From Lingula anatina (Eukaryota; Animalia; Brachiopoda): 64,000 nt of DNA. The notes under the pieces are model-generated. The model was not told the origin of the DNA. It did no database searches and was given only the letters and a program-made list of their open reading frames with translations. Each line of letters begins with the position of its first letter. Position 1 is the stretch's first letter. Of this stretch, positions 38,634 to 50,950 are shown in pieces. A program made the translations under genes and the position numbers. The stretch spans positions 2,852,001 to 2,916,000 of the forward strand of contig JBPQGU010000016.1 in NCBI GenBank assembly GCA_051362555.1, in the 5' to 3' direction.

Positions 38634-41600
38634 TTAATTTCCATTCTTATATTGATTTTGTTCTATAATTTGTTCACAAACTTCATTTGAAGTTATAATG
38701 CATTCTTCTGGTGGATAATTGTGTTTTGCAAGAAGAATAATCATCTCTGCTTTTACAACATCTATCATTGCTTTGTTATATCTTCATGTTTCATTAACTT
38801 TATTTGAATCATTTATTATTTTTAATAATTCATCTAAAATTTCTTTAATTTTTAAATTATCTCAATTGGTTCTATTTTTAACTGGTTTTAACAATATATT
38901 GAAAAATGATTGTTCTTTATTGTTGTAACCCATATCATTTACTTCATAAATATCTGAATTTTTTTCTGCTTCTAATGCTAATTGATACAATCCTTCTTCA
39001 AGATTTGATAAACTAATATAATTTGAATCATATTTATTCAATAATTCTTGTAAATCTTGACTTAATTTTTTTGAAAATGAAATATTTATTGATCTCATTT
39101 CTTTTATTATTTTTTTAAATGCAGATATTTTTTCTTTAATTTCTATTGGTTTTAATTTTGTAAATTCTTTTCTTTTAATTACAAAATCAATTATTTGTTT
39201 TAATTTAATTGTTTTTCCATAAACTTTGTTAAAAGATGTAATTTTATTATGTTTTACAGATTTTGCTAATTGTTCTAATAATTCTTTTTTAATATCAGTA
39301 AAATCTAATTCACTAAGAGCTAATTTTATTAAATGTCCTCTCGCAAGAATTAATAATTTATATTTAATACTTTCTTTTTCAGTTAAAATTGAAATAATTT
39401 CATGAAAATTATTTTTTAAAATAAAAACATCATCTACAAATTGTTGTTCTTTTTTAATTTCACAAACTTTATTAAGTAAATCATCTAATTTTGAAAATCT
39501 ATATTTTTCATCATTAAAAACTTTATTAAAATCAATTTCAAAATCATCTCCTAAGTATTTTTTATATATAAGATTTAAATTTTCTATATATTCTGGTTTT
39601 AATTTTACAATGTCAAATTTTTTTGAAATTTCTTTAATATCATTTCCAGAATAATAAGCTAGTGCTTCTTCAAGTTTTTTATAAATACCAATATAATCCA
39701 CGATAAGACCAAATCTTTTTGTTTTTATTGGTTTTTTTTCACTTGTATAAACTCTATTAGTTCTTGTAATTGCTTGAATTAAATTATGCATTTTCATTGG
39801 TTTATCAATATACATTAAATCTAATGATTTAACATCAAAACCTGTAAGTCACATATCAACAACAATTGCAATTTTAAAATTTGAATCAACTTTTTTAAAT
39901 TCAATAGCTTTTTTTCTTCTATAAGTTGATGTTCCAGAAAGTCTTATTAATTCAGGATCATCACTTTGATTATTTGTATTTGTAACAATTAAAAAAACTT
40001 TATCTTTTAATGTTGGTTCTAATTTTAAAATTTCTTTATAATATTTAAGTGCAATTTTTCTATTAAAAGCAACAAACATTGCTTTACCTTCTAATAAATT
40101 TTTTCTTTGATGATAATGATTTAAAAAATCTTTAGTAATTCCATGAATTCTGTCTGAATCATCAATAAAATTTTCTAATTTTTTTACTATTTTATTTATC
40201 TTTTTTTGGGTTTCTTTTGGTAATCTAGAATGACTAATTATTTTTTTTGAAATCTTTTCATTTAAATAATCTAAATTTTTTAATTCATCTGGATCAAAAT
40301 GTAATTCTGGTTTTCTTGATTCATATTCAATTGGTACAATAACACCATCTCTTTCTGCGTCTTGTAATAAATATTTTGATACACATTTTCCAAAAATTTT
40401 ATATGTTGATTTATATTTTGATTCAATTGGTGTACCAGTAAAACCTATAAAAGTTGCATTTGGAAATGCATCTCTTAAATATTTTGCATTTCCATATTTC
40501 TTTTTAAAATTAATATCATATATTACATCAATATTATTATGAGATCTATGTGCTTCATCTGTAATTACAAAAACATTTTCTCTATCAATAAGTTTTCCAA
40601 CTGTTTCATTAAATTTTTGTATTGTTGTAAAAAAAACACCATCTTGTTTTAAATTTTCTAATTTTTCTTTTAAATCTTTAATGGTTTTAATTTGATAAAT
40701 TTTTGTTCTTATATAATCTTTTGCTTCATTAAAAGTATTAAATGTTTGATCATCTAAATCATTTCTATCTGTTACTATAATAAAAGTTGAATTTTTCTTT
40801 ATATTTAACATTCTAGCAACAAAAAAAACCATTGAAATTGTTTTTCCTGATCCTTGAACATGTCAAAAAATACCACCTTTTTTATCTTTATTTGTTTCTA
40901 ATTTTGAAATTAATTTTTTAACACCATAATATTGATGATACATAGAAATAATTTTTTTATCATTACTATTTCAATATGTAAAATTTGAAATAATATCTAA
41001 TATATTTTCGTGCTTAAATAAATCAGAAAAAATTTTATTGGAATCTGATTTAAAATCTTTTCCTCTTCAATATTTATACATGTCAAAAGTTGATGTTAAA
41101 GTACCAATTTTAGTTTCTGTATGATTAGAAATAACACTAAAACAATTGTATACAAATAATTTATAAATATATTTTTGATAATTTTTAATTTGATTGTATG
41201 CATCTTCAAGACTTTCAAATTCTTTTTTTGGTGATTTTAATTCCATAACAATTATTGGAATTCCATTTAATCAAAAAACTAAATCAGGTTTTTGATTTTT
41301 ATAATTTGGATGTAAACTTTTAATTGAAAATTGCTTTGTAAAAAAAAATAAATTATTTTTAATATTTTTTATATCAAATAATTTATAAACTATATTTCTT
41401 TGTTTTTTTGTATCATAAATTTTTATACCTTCTTTTAAAAATTTTAAAAATTGAATATTTGATTTTTCTAATGAAGATTGATTTATAAGATTTAACTTAC
41501 ATCAAATTTTATTAAAAATTTCTTCTTTAAGATAATATTTTCTTTTTAAAAAAATTCTTAAATGTTCTTCAAGAATAGCATTTGTTGTATCATTTTTTCT

Positions 41601-41708
41601 TAAATTAGAAATTTCTTGTGGTGTTTTATAAATTCAATTTAATTTTTGAATTTCTTTAACTATATAATTTTCAAAATCAGATTCACTAAAAGGTTTTTTA
41701 ATATTCAT
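38634..41708 (-). CDS. hsdR: Type I R-M restriction subunit (locus 2)
   Basis: PDLVFWLNGIP..ELK, WHVQGSGKT, DEAHRS, FTGTP, MWLTGFD and YPP tail. Confidence 0.95.
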
Positions 41709-41809
41709 TATTCAAAATAATAAAAAAATATTTTATATTTAATTTAATTTTATATAATTTATTTATACATTTTTTTATTTTTTTAAAAATAAAAAAAATA
41801 TAAAAACAA

Positions 41810-42949
41810 ATGAATAATAAAACATATAAATTAAAAGATCTTTTTGAAATAAAATCAGGAAATTCTAAATTAACTAAAAATTATATAAAAGAAAATCAAG
41901 GTATATATCCAGTATATTCATCACAAACTTCAAATAATGGAGAAATTGGAAAAATAAATACATATGAATATGATGGTAAATATATAACTTGAACAAAAGA
42001 TGGTGTATTTGCTGGAACAATTTTTTATAGAAATGACAAATTTAATGCTACTGGACATTGTGGAATTTTAAAATTAAATAAAAATTTTTTAAATAAAATA
42101 ATTATTAAATTTGTATTCTTTTATTTGAAAAAAAGAATTAAAAAATATACAATAAATAATTCTATAATGGCATCTCTAGGTAAAGGATCTATTGAAAATA
42201 TTAAATTAAAATTACCAAGTTTACAAGAACAACAAAAAATAATAAACATTATTGAACCAAATGAAAAACTATTTTTAAAATATTTTAATTGTATAAGAAT
42301 TAATAATTTTGAAAATACAAAAATTGATACAAAAAAAATAATAAACATTATTGAACCATTAGAAATAATAATTGAAAAAATAAATAAAATAATTAATATA
42401 TTAAAAAATATATTAAAAAAAAATTATTTAATTAATCAAAATCAAAAAATAAAATTAAATCAAATAATTAAATTAATTAATTCAAAATATAAAAATCAAA
42501 AAAAATATTTTGCAACAAATGCATTTTCTGAATTTTATTTAGATTATAAAAAAATAATTAATATAAGTATTGATTCAAAACCATCAAGAGCAAATTTAAC
42601 ACCAATAAAAAATACATTCATAATTTCAAAAATGATTGGTGAAAACAAAGTTTATTTCTTTAATAATGAATCAGATTTTGTTATTTCTACTGGTTTTTTT
42701 AATATCAAAACAAATTTTATTGATCATTTTTCAGGATTTTTATTATCAAAACATTTTAAACATCAAAAAAATATTTATTCAACTGGAACAACAATGATTT
42801 CTTTAACTAATAATAATTTAAAATTTTTAAAAATAAAAAAAACAAAAAATAATAATTTTTGAATAACAAAACAAATCATTCAATTTTCAAATTTAAAACA
42901 AACAATTGATTTAATTAAAAAAAATATTATTAAACTATTAATAATTTAA
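41810..42949 (+). CDS. hsdS: Type I hsdS (locus 3, convergent copy) with 33-aa linker cassette
   Basis: 379 aa; EQQKIINIIEP-NEKLFLKYFNCIRINNFENTKIDT-KKIINIIEPLE. Confidence 0.9.
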
Positions 42950-43558
42950 TTAAATTATGTTTTAATTTATTAATTTTTTCATTAAACAAAAAAAGTTTAT
43001 TATAAATTTTTAATGAATCATTTATTTTTATTTGTTCTTTAAAAGGAGGTACTTTAATTTTTATATTTTCTATAATATTTGACATTATTCTATTTCTTGT
43101 TGCACCCTTTAAAACATATTTTTTAATTTCTTTTTTAATTAAAAAATATAAAAATTTTGTAATATATTCTTTACTAAAAATTTCTTTTAATTTTAATAAA
43201 CCACAAACATTGGTACAATTAAATTTACCATTTCTATAAAAAACAGTACCAGCAAAAACTCCATCTGTTGTTCAAGTTATATATTCGCCATCATAATCAT
43301 ATGTATCTATTTTTCCAAATATTCCATTATTTGAAGTTTTTGATGAATAAACCGGATATATTCCAGGATTGTTTTTAATATAAACATCATTAATAACTCT
43401 ACCTCTTGTTATTTTGAAAATATCTTTTAATAAAAAAATTTTTTTATTTGATGAATTTAATATTTTTAAAATTAAATTTTTATTTAATAGTTTCAATTTT
43501 TCTTTTATTTTTAAAATATTATTTTCTAAATTTTCTAACGGTTCAATAATGTTTATTA
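42930..43558 (-). other. hsdS: hsdS second-TRD cassette, out of frame behind the 23-bp stop cassette (locus 3)
   Basis: INIIEPLENLEN..YPVYSS..PPFKEQ..NLIKLLIV*. Confidence 0.8.
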
Positions 43559-44065
43559 AATTTGTTTATTAATGTTTATTATTTTTTGTTGTTCTTTTAA
43601 TGGTGGTAAATTTATTTCAATATTTTCTAATATTTTTTGTGTTATATAAAATCTTGTAAAACCTAATACATTTTTTATAAATTGTTTTCTAATATTATTG
43701 CTTCTAAAATAATAAGATGCATATTTAGGTAATAAAATATTATGATTGTATCTATATCTTTTTGAAAAAGCAGTAAAAACAGCATTTTCATTTAACAAAT
43801 ATACTGAACTTAAAGCTATTTCATCTCTTGTTTCTGATGTTGCGGTGAATAAACAATCACCATATTTTAAATTAAATCTTTTAAATTCATTTTCATTAAC
43901 ATCATAAGTATTAAAATTTTTATTATTTAATTTTGAATTTCTATAAATATCAACATAATTTATAAAATAAGTATTTCCTAAATTATATTTTTCTTTTTTA
44001 AATGGTGATAAACCACTTTTAAATTTACCAATTTCTTTTAATTTATAAACTTTATTATTTATCAT
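43556..44065 (-). CDS. hsdS: Type I hsdS (locus 3), single-TRD form ending KIININKQI*
   Basis: YKLKEIG..GDCLFT.TSE..LPPLKEQQKII. Confidence 0.85.
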   Translation of the reverse strand: MINNKVYKLKEIGKFKSGLSPFKKEKYNLGNTYFINYVDIYRNSKLNNKNFNTYDVNENEFKRFNLKYGDCLFTATSETRDEIALSSVYLLNENAVFTAFSKRYRYNHNILLPKYASYYFRSNNIRKQFIKNVLGFTRFYITQKILENIEINLPPLKEQQKIININKQI

Positions 44066-45635
44066 CTTGATTTTTATTATTTTTTTCTTCTAATATTTTA
44101 TTAATTGATTTTTCAACTTTTGGTTGTAATTCATTAAATTCTTTAAATAATTCTTTTAATTCATCAAAAGATTTTTTAATTTCTTCTTTTGTAGCTTCAA
44201 CATCAATTTCTTCTTCTAAAATTTCAACATATTGACCAGGAACAAATGATAAATCATTTTCTTCTATTTCATCTTTTGTAACAGTTTTTGCAAATCCTTT
44301 TTCATTTATTAATTTGCCATTTTCATGTTTTTCAAAAATATCTGTTATTCTTTTAATATCTTCTTCTTTTAATTCACGTAATTTTTTAGAAACCATGTTA
44401 CCTTCTAAATCTGAAGCTGAAATCATTAATATATTTTTTGTTTTTTTATTATTATTAAATATTCAAATACATGCAGGAATACCAGTAGTATAAAATAATT
44501 TATCTGGTAATTGAATTATTGCATCAACTTTATTTTGTAATAAAAAGTTTTTTCTTATTTCTTTTTCATGTTTTTGATTTGATGAAAGTGAACCATTTGC
44601 TAAAACAATTGCAGCTTTACCTGTTTCATTAAGTTTTGATAACATATGTGATAATCATGCAAAATTTGCATTACCTTTTGGTGGTAAACCTCATTTTCAT
44701 CTAGGATCATCAATTAATTTTTCTTGACTTCATTTCTTTAAATTAAATGGAGGATTTGCAACAACAAAATCAAACATTTTATTTTTATGTAAATCATTTG
44801 TAAATGTATCTGCAGCATAATCACCTAAAACACAATGTCCAAATCCATCTATTACTTCTAAACCGTGTAATACAAAATTTAATTTTGCAATTTTTCAAGT
44901 TATATTATTGTATTCTTGTCCAAAAAAATGTGTTTTTGTTAAATCACCATCATGTATTTGAATATATTTTTTAGCTTGTATTAAAATACCTCCTGTTCCA
45001 CATGCAGGATCATAAATCTTACATCCATATTTTATTGAATTTAATAATAATAAATTAACCATTAATTTAACTATTGATTTAGGAGTATAAAATTCACCAC
45101 CAGCTTTTCCTCTATCTTTAAAAAATTTACCTAAAAAAAATTCATAAATTCTACCAATTACATCTTCTTTTCTGTCTTCAGAAAATTCAACATCAGAAAA
45201 AATTTTAACAACTTCACCTAATTTTATTTGATCTAAACCTTCACGATTATAATTTTTATTAAAAATTCCTTTTAAAACTTTATTATTTTTTTCTAATAAT
45301 GTAAATGCATTATCAATAACTGCACCAATTTCTGGAGAAGATGCAAATTGTTTAATATAATTTCAATTTGATTTTTCAGGTACTTTAAAACCTTCATAAA
45401 TATAATATAAATCTTCTTCACTAATTGTATTTACATCATAAATACCTTCTTTTTCAATCTTTTCAAAAGCAAATTTTGTTGTATTACTAATAAATTTAAG
45501 TGTCAAAATACCAATTATAATATGTTGATATTCTTCAGATGATAAATTACCTCTTAAAGAATTTGCAGCATTTCATAATTTATTTTCAATATCTTTTATA
45601 TGAGAAATTTTATTATTATTTTCTTTATTATTCAT
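44055..45635 (-). CDS. hsdM: Type I R-M methyltransferase (locus 3)
   Basis: LWNAANSLRG, GGEFYTP, YDPACGTGG and ANPPFN motifs. Confidence 0.95.
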
Positions 45636-45637
45636 AT

Positions 45638-46087
45638 TTATTTTTTTATTCCTTGTAATTTTTTTAAATTTCCTTTTTTTTGTTTTGTTTTTATTTTTAA
45701 CTCATTATAAAATCTTTCAACAATTAAACTAGAAACATTTTTCATATTTTCAGGTGGATAATTATATTTATTTTTTAAAACTCATTTTAATTTATATGAA
45801 AGTTTACTTCTAACTTCTAAAATACTTTTTAATTCAGAATTTTTAAATTCTTGAACTTCTTTTAATAAATCTTTAGCTATTTCTCTAATTACTTCTGAAT
45901 TCTTTTGAATAAATTTATCAGATGCAACAATTTCATAAAATGGAATTAATTCAGGATTATCAACAGGTAATTTTTCATCATTTTTTCTTTTTACTTCTTT
46001 TGATAATTCAACAATCATATTTTTAATTTTTTTTATACCTTTTATATTAGAATTTTTATTATTATTTTCTTTATTATTCATATTCAT
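45638..46087 (-). CDS. Stand-alone HsdR C-terminal domain created by a 440-bp tandem duplication
   Basis: HsdM-like start MNNKENNNK fused to a near copy of the HsdR3 tail (KNMIVELSKEV..YPPE); 149 aa. Confidence 0.75.
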
Positions 46088-46110
46088 TCAAATTATTCCT
46101 TACATTTTTT

Positions 46111-49100
46111 TTAATCAAAATTTTTTCTTTTAATTTTTAATTCATTATTAATTCTATCAACAATTAAACCAGAAACATTTTTCATATTTTCAGGTGGATA
46201 ATTATATTTATTTTTTAAAACTCATTTTAATTTATATGAAAGTTTACTTCTAACTTGTAAACTACTTTCAAATTCACAACTTTTAAAACCTTTAACTTCT
46301 TTTAATAAATCTTTAGCTATTTCTCTTATTACTTCTGAATTCTTTTGAACAAATTTATCAGATGCAACAATTTCATAAAATGGAATTAATTCAGGATTAT
46401 CAACAGGTAATTTTTCTTCATTTTTTCTTTTTACTTCTTTTGATAATTCAACAATCATATTTTTAATTTTTTCAATATCTTTTTCTTTATCCATTTGAAA
46501 AATAATATCTTTTAATTTTTCTGATGCTTTTTGATAATAAACTGGTCTTTTAGTTGAAATTTCTTCAATATCTAATTCTAATGATTCTAATAAAAACTTA
46601 ATTGCTGTTCTAGGTTTTTTATCAAATAAATGTTTTCCTTCTTTTCAAAGTAATAAAGAAATTTCATTTAAATTACTTTTATCTAAATTTGAATCATAAA
46701 TATTTACATTTGGTTTATTTGTTTTTACAGCATTAAAAACAGCTTCTTTAATTTTTTCAACAGAAAATTGAAGTTTATTATCAGTTTTAATTTCATTTGT
46801 AGTTAATAATTTTTTAATTACAATAATAATTTTTGTTAATGTTTTTTGTTTTTTTGTTAATTTAGTAAATGCAGCTTTATATAAATATTCTAATTTTCTA
46901 CATAAATTTAAAAATTTGTTTTTTTCTAAATCATCTAATTTTAATAATTCTTCATTTTTTGAAATAACAAAATCATATAAATAATAACTTTTAGAAAAAT
47001 CAACTATTTTTAATAAACCTTTAACATATCAATTATTAATTAATTCTAAACATTCTTGAAGTTTTTCTTTTGATCTTTGAACATCTTCTAATTCAAATTC
47101 AATTTTATCTCCATCTAATCCACCAATTGCATATGTTTGTAATGCTTTATGAAGTAATTCAGTTATACCAACATAATCAACAATTAAACCATTTCTTTTT
47201 TTTAAACTATCAGTTTCATATGTTCTATTAACTCTTGCAATTGCTTGCATTAAATTATGTTTTTTTATAATTCTATCTAAATATAATGTATCTAAATCTT
47301 GACAGTCAAAACCTGTTAATCATTTATTTACAACTATTACAAATTTATATTTTTGAGTATTTTTAAAATCTTTATCAACTTTATTTAAATCTTCATCATT
47401 TACTCTTGCATTTAACATTTCTTTAGTATCTTTGTTATATTTTGTAATAACTAAAATAACTTTTTCTTTCAATTCAGGTCTTAATTCAATAATTTTTTTA
47501 TAATATTTTAAAGCTGCTTTTCTTGAATTAGCAACAATCATTGATTTTCCGTTAAGTATTTTTTTTCTTTCATCTCAATGACTTAAAATGTGTTTTGTTT
47601 TAGATTGAATAACATCATCATCTTCAAATATTAAAGTTTTCCTAATTGCTTGTAATAATTGTTTTTGTTTAATCTCAGATATTTGAGAATTAGGTGCTAA
47701 AGTTTCTATATATTTTTTTTGTATTTCATTCATTTCATTTAAATATTTTTTATCTAAAATCAAATTTATGTTTACTATTTCATAATGAATCGGAACAGTT
47801 ACACCATCATTAACAGCTTCAAACATATGATATTGATCATTATATGGACCAAACTCTTTTCTAGTATCTTTTGATAATTCACTTATTAATGGTGTACCAG
47901 TAAAACCTATAAATTTAGCATTTGGAAATGCTTTTCTTAAACATATTGCATATCCTGTTTTTTGTAATAATTTTTTTGTTTTTTCTGAAACTTTAAATTC
48001 ATCTTCTGTATTTTGACTTCTATGTGCTTCATCAATTAAAATAAAAACATCATCTCTTTTTGAAAGAGTACCAGTTTCTTCAATAAATTTTTGTATAGTT
48101 GTTGTATAAATTCCAAAATGTTCTTTATTTTTCAATTCATCTATTAATTCTTTTCTAGAATTAATAGTTTTTATATTTTCTGTTCATAAAAAATTTTTTG
48201 CATTTTTAAATCTTGTATGTATTTGTTGTTCTAATTGTTTTCTATCAGTAATTAAAATTATTGTTGATGTAGGATAATTATTAAAAATTTGTTTACATAT
48301 TAAAATCATTGTTAATGATTTTCCAGATCCTTGTGTATGTCAAATAATTCCACCTTTATTTTTTTCTAATTTATCTTTATTTTTTAAATCATTTAATCTT
48401 TTAATTGTTTTTTCTGTCGCTTTTATTTGATGATTAGCAGCAATAAATTTTATATCATTTGTATCTATAAAAGAATATTTACAAATCATATCAATTATTT
48501 TTTGTTTATTAAAAAACAAACAAATATTAGATTCAAAATTATTTTCATCATTTTTAATTTTTTCATCATATTTAAATAAATTAAAATAATGAGAAAGATC
48601 TGAAGTTATACTTCCATATTTAAATTGTCATCTATTTGTTATTACATTAAATAAATTAAATTTAAATAATTCAGGAATATTTTCTTGATAATGTTTAATT
48701 TGTTCATATGCATCTTTTAAACCTTCTCTTGCAACTTCAGATTTTATTTCAATTACAATAATTGGTAATCCATTTATAAATAAAACCATATCTAATCTTT
48801 TTAAATTTTTACCATCAGAAACTTCTAATTGTCTAATTAATTGAAAAGAATTTTTATCTATGTTTTTAAAATCTATTAAATTAATATTAATTCATTTTTT
48901 ATAAATATCATCATAAACTTTAACAGAATTTAATAGTAAATTTCAAAATTGTTTATTCATTTCTATTAAACTATTTGATGTAATACTTTTTAATTTTGAT
49001 AATACTTTATTTGCAATTGATAAATCAATATTTTTATTAATTTTTAATAACGAATCAATTAATAATCTTTCATTTAAAACATATGTATAATCTATTCTTC

Positions 49101-49209
49101 TAATTTCATCTTGATTTATAGAAACTCAACCAATTTTATTTAATTCTAATTCTATTTTTTTTTCTAAATATTCTTCTTTTATAGAAAAATTTATTTTAAT
49201 ATTTTCCAT
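46111..49209 (-). CDS. hsdR: Type I R-M restriction subunit (locus 3)
   Basis: DMVLFINGLP..EIK, WHTQGSGKS, DEAHRS, FTGTP and QAIARVNR motifs. Confidence 0.95.
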
Positions 49210-49308
49210 TTGTTTTTATTTTTATTTTATATTTTTTTTAAAAAAATAAAAAATAAAAGAATAAAAAAATAAAAGAATAAAATATCTATTCAAATTTAAA
49301 ATAAATAT

Positions 49309-49908
49309 ATGGATGAAAATTTAATACAAATTCAATTAGAAAAAATTATAAAAAATACAAATTTTTCATATAAAGAATCAAAAAAATTTTTAAAAATTTG
49401 TAAACAAAAAATCAAAAAAACTAAAAACAGAAAGAATTGTTTAAATAATAATTGTAATGGTAAATTTTCATCTTTTTTTATAAATTTTTTAAATAAAGAA
49501 TATTTTGTTACTTTATGTAATAAATTATGTTTACCAATTACTATTAGTATTGCTAAAAAACAAACATATCAAATTAAAACAAAATCAAAACAAGAAATTG
49601 AATATTTAAAATTTATAAAACAAAATGATTATTTTATAGATAATTTAAATAAAAATCAAATTAAACAAATAGATTATATTATTGAAATATTATCAAATAA
49701 TTTTTTAATTGAAAAAAGATATTTTAAAAATTTAGATAAAGAAACAAAAGAAACAAAACCAGGAAAAGATATTAAGTTATTTTTTCCAGGAAAAAAAGAA
49801 ATATTTTTTGAAGTATTTTCAACATTTGATGGAAATAATATAACATATGACACATTTCAAAATATAAAAGAAAATGTTGAAAATAAATTAAAAAATATAA
49901 AAAATTAA
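49309..49908 (+). CDS. Hypothetical protein, possibly the 5' part of a frameshifted PD-(D/E)xK-like gene running to ~50335
   Basis: KPGKDIKL..IFFEV motif; downstream coding-like fragments in other frames. Confidence 0.45.
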   Translation: MDENLIQIQLEKIIKNTNFSYKESKKFLKICKQKIKKTKNRKNCLNNNCNGKFSSFFINFLNKEYFVTLCNKLCLPITISIAKKQTYQIKTKSKQEIEYLKFIKQNDYFIDNLNKNQIKQIDYIIEILSNNFLIEKRYFKNLDKETKETKPGKDIKLFFPGKKEIFFEVFSTFDGNNITYDTFQNIKENVENKLKNIKN

Positions 49909-50396
49909 ATTTAGATAAAAATATAAATTTAATCATTTTTAATATGATTCATGAATTTGATAAACAAGAATATTATAAAACAAAAAATGAATCTTTTCAT
50001 ATAGTAAAACACATAAATAATTTATATAAAACTAAAGAAGAAATATTAAATAAAATTGAAATATTTTTTAAAAATAAAAAAGAATTTAATAATGTAATAT
50101 ATATATTACAAATAAATTTTCTAATATTTACAACATAGAAATTCATTTATTAAAAATTAATATTAATTTTGCATTTCAAAAATTTATAGATTTATCAAAA
50201 TGAACTTGAAATATAAAAGATATAAATATATTTTTTATTTGAATTATTAAAAATAAAATACCTTATAAAATTGAAAATGAAAAAATTATTATTCATAACT
50301 TTTATTTTGATTTATTTAAAAATTCTATTTTTTAAATAATTTATTTATTTTTAAATTCATTATAAAAAACTCTTCAATAACAACAAAAATTATCGT

Positions 50397-50948
50397 TTAT
50401 ATTTTTTTATTATTTATTTTAAGTTTATTACAACATTTGTTTATTTTATAATGTTCAAAATTTAAATTAATTAAATCTGTTGTTTTTAATAAATTTTTTT
50501 TATTTTTTTTAATAAATTCTTCAAAATTATCAAAAATTATTTTTTCATCATTAATATCTAAAAAATTATTTTTATAAATTAATTTTGAAATAAAATTTTC
50601 ATATTTAATTATTAAATAATTTTTAAAATATAAAATTGACTCTTTCCATGGAAAAATTAATGGATAATGCTTTTTTATATCGATTAAAATTGTATTCATT
50701 TTTTTAAAAAAATGAATTTCATATTTTTCTCTATTTTCTTTAATTTTTTTAAAAATAATTTTATCTATTTCACCTCTTTGTAATTTTTGTTTTATTTTAA
50801 GAGAATAAATAGTATTAAATGGACAAAGATATATCAAATCATTTTCAACTTTGAAAATTAAACAAAAATGATCTTTATTATTATCTTTTGTATATTTATT
50901 ATTGAATGGAATAACTATTTTAATAAGATCACCAGGTCTAATTTCCAT
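50397..50948 (-). CDS. PemK/MazF-like toxin candidate
   Basis: N-terminal RPGDLIKIVIPF..KDHFCLI..LCPF pattern; directly downstream of the Panacea gene. Confidence 0.55.
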   Translation of the reverse strand: MEIRPGDLIKIVIPFNNKYTKDNNKDHFCLIFKVENDLIYLCPFNTIYSLKIKQKLQRGEIDKIIFKKIKENREKYEIHFFKKMNTILIDIKKHYPLIFPWKESILYFKNYLIIKYENFISKLIYKNNFLDINDEKIIFDNFEEFIKKNKKNLLKTTDLINLNFEHYKINKCCNKLKINNKKI

Positions 50949-50950
50949 CT

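Noticed and set aside
28374-49209. hsdR and hsdM genes appearing as pseudogene fragments
   Set aside because: Breaks are in-frame TGA (Trp); frames join under code 4
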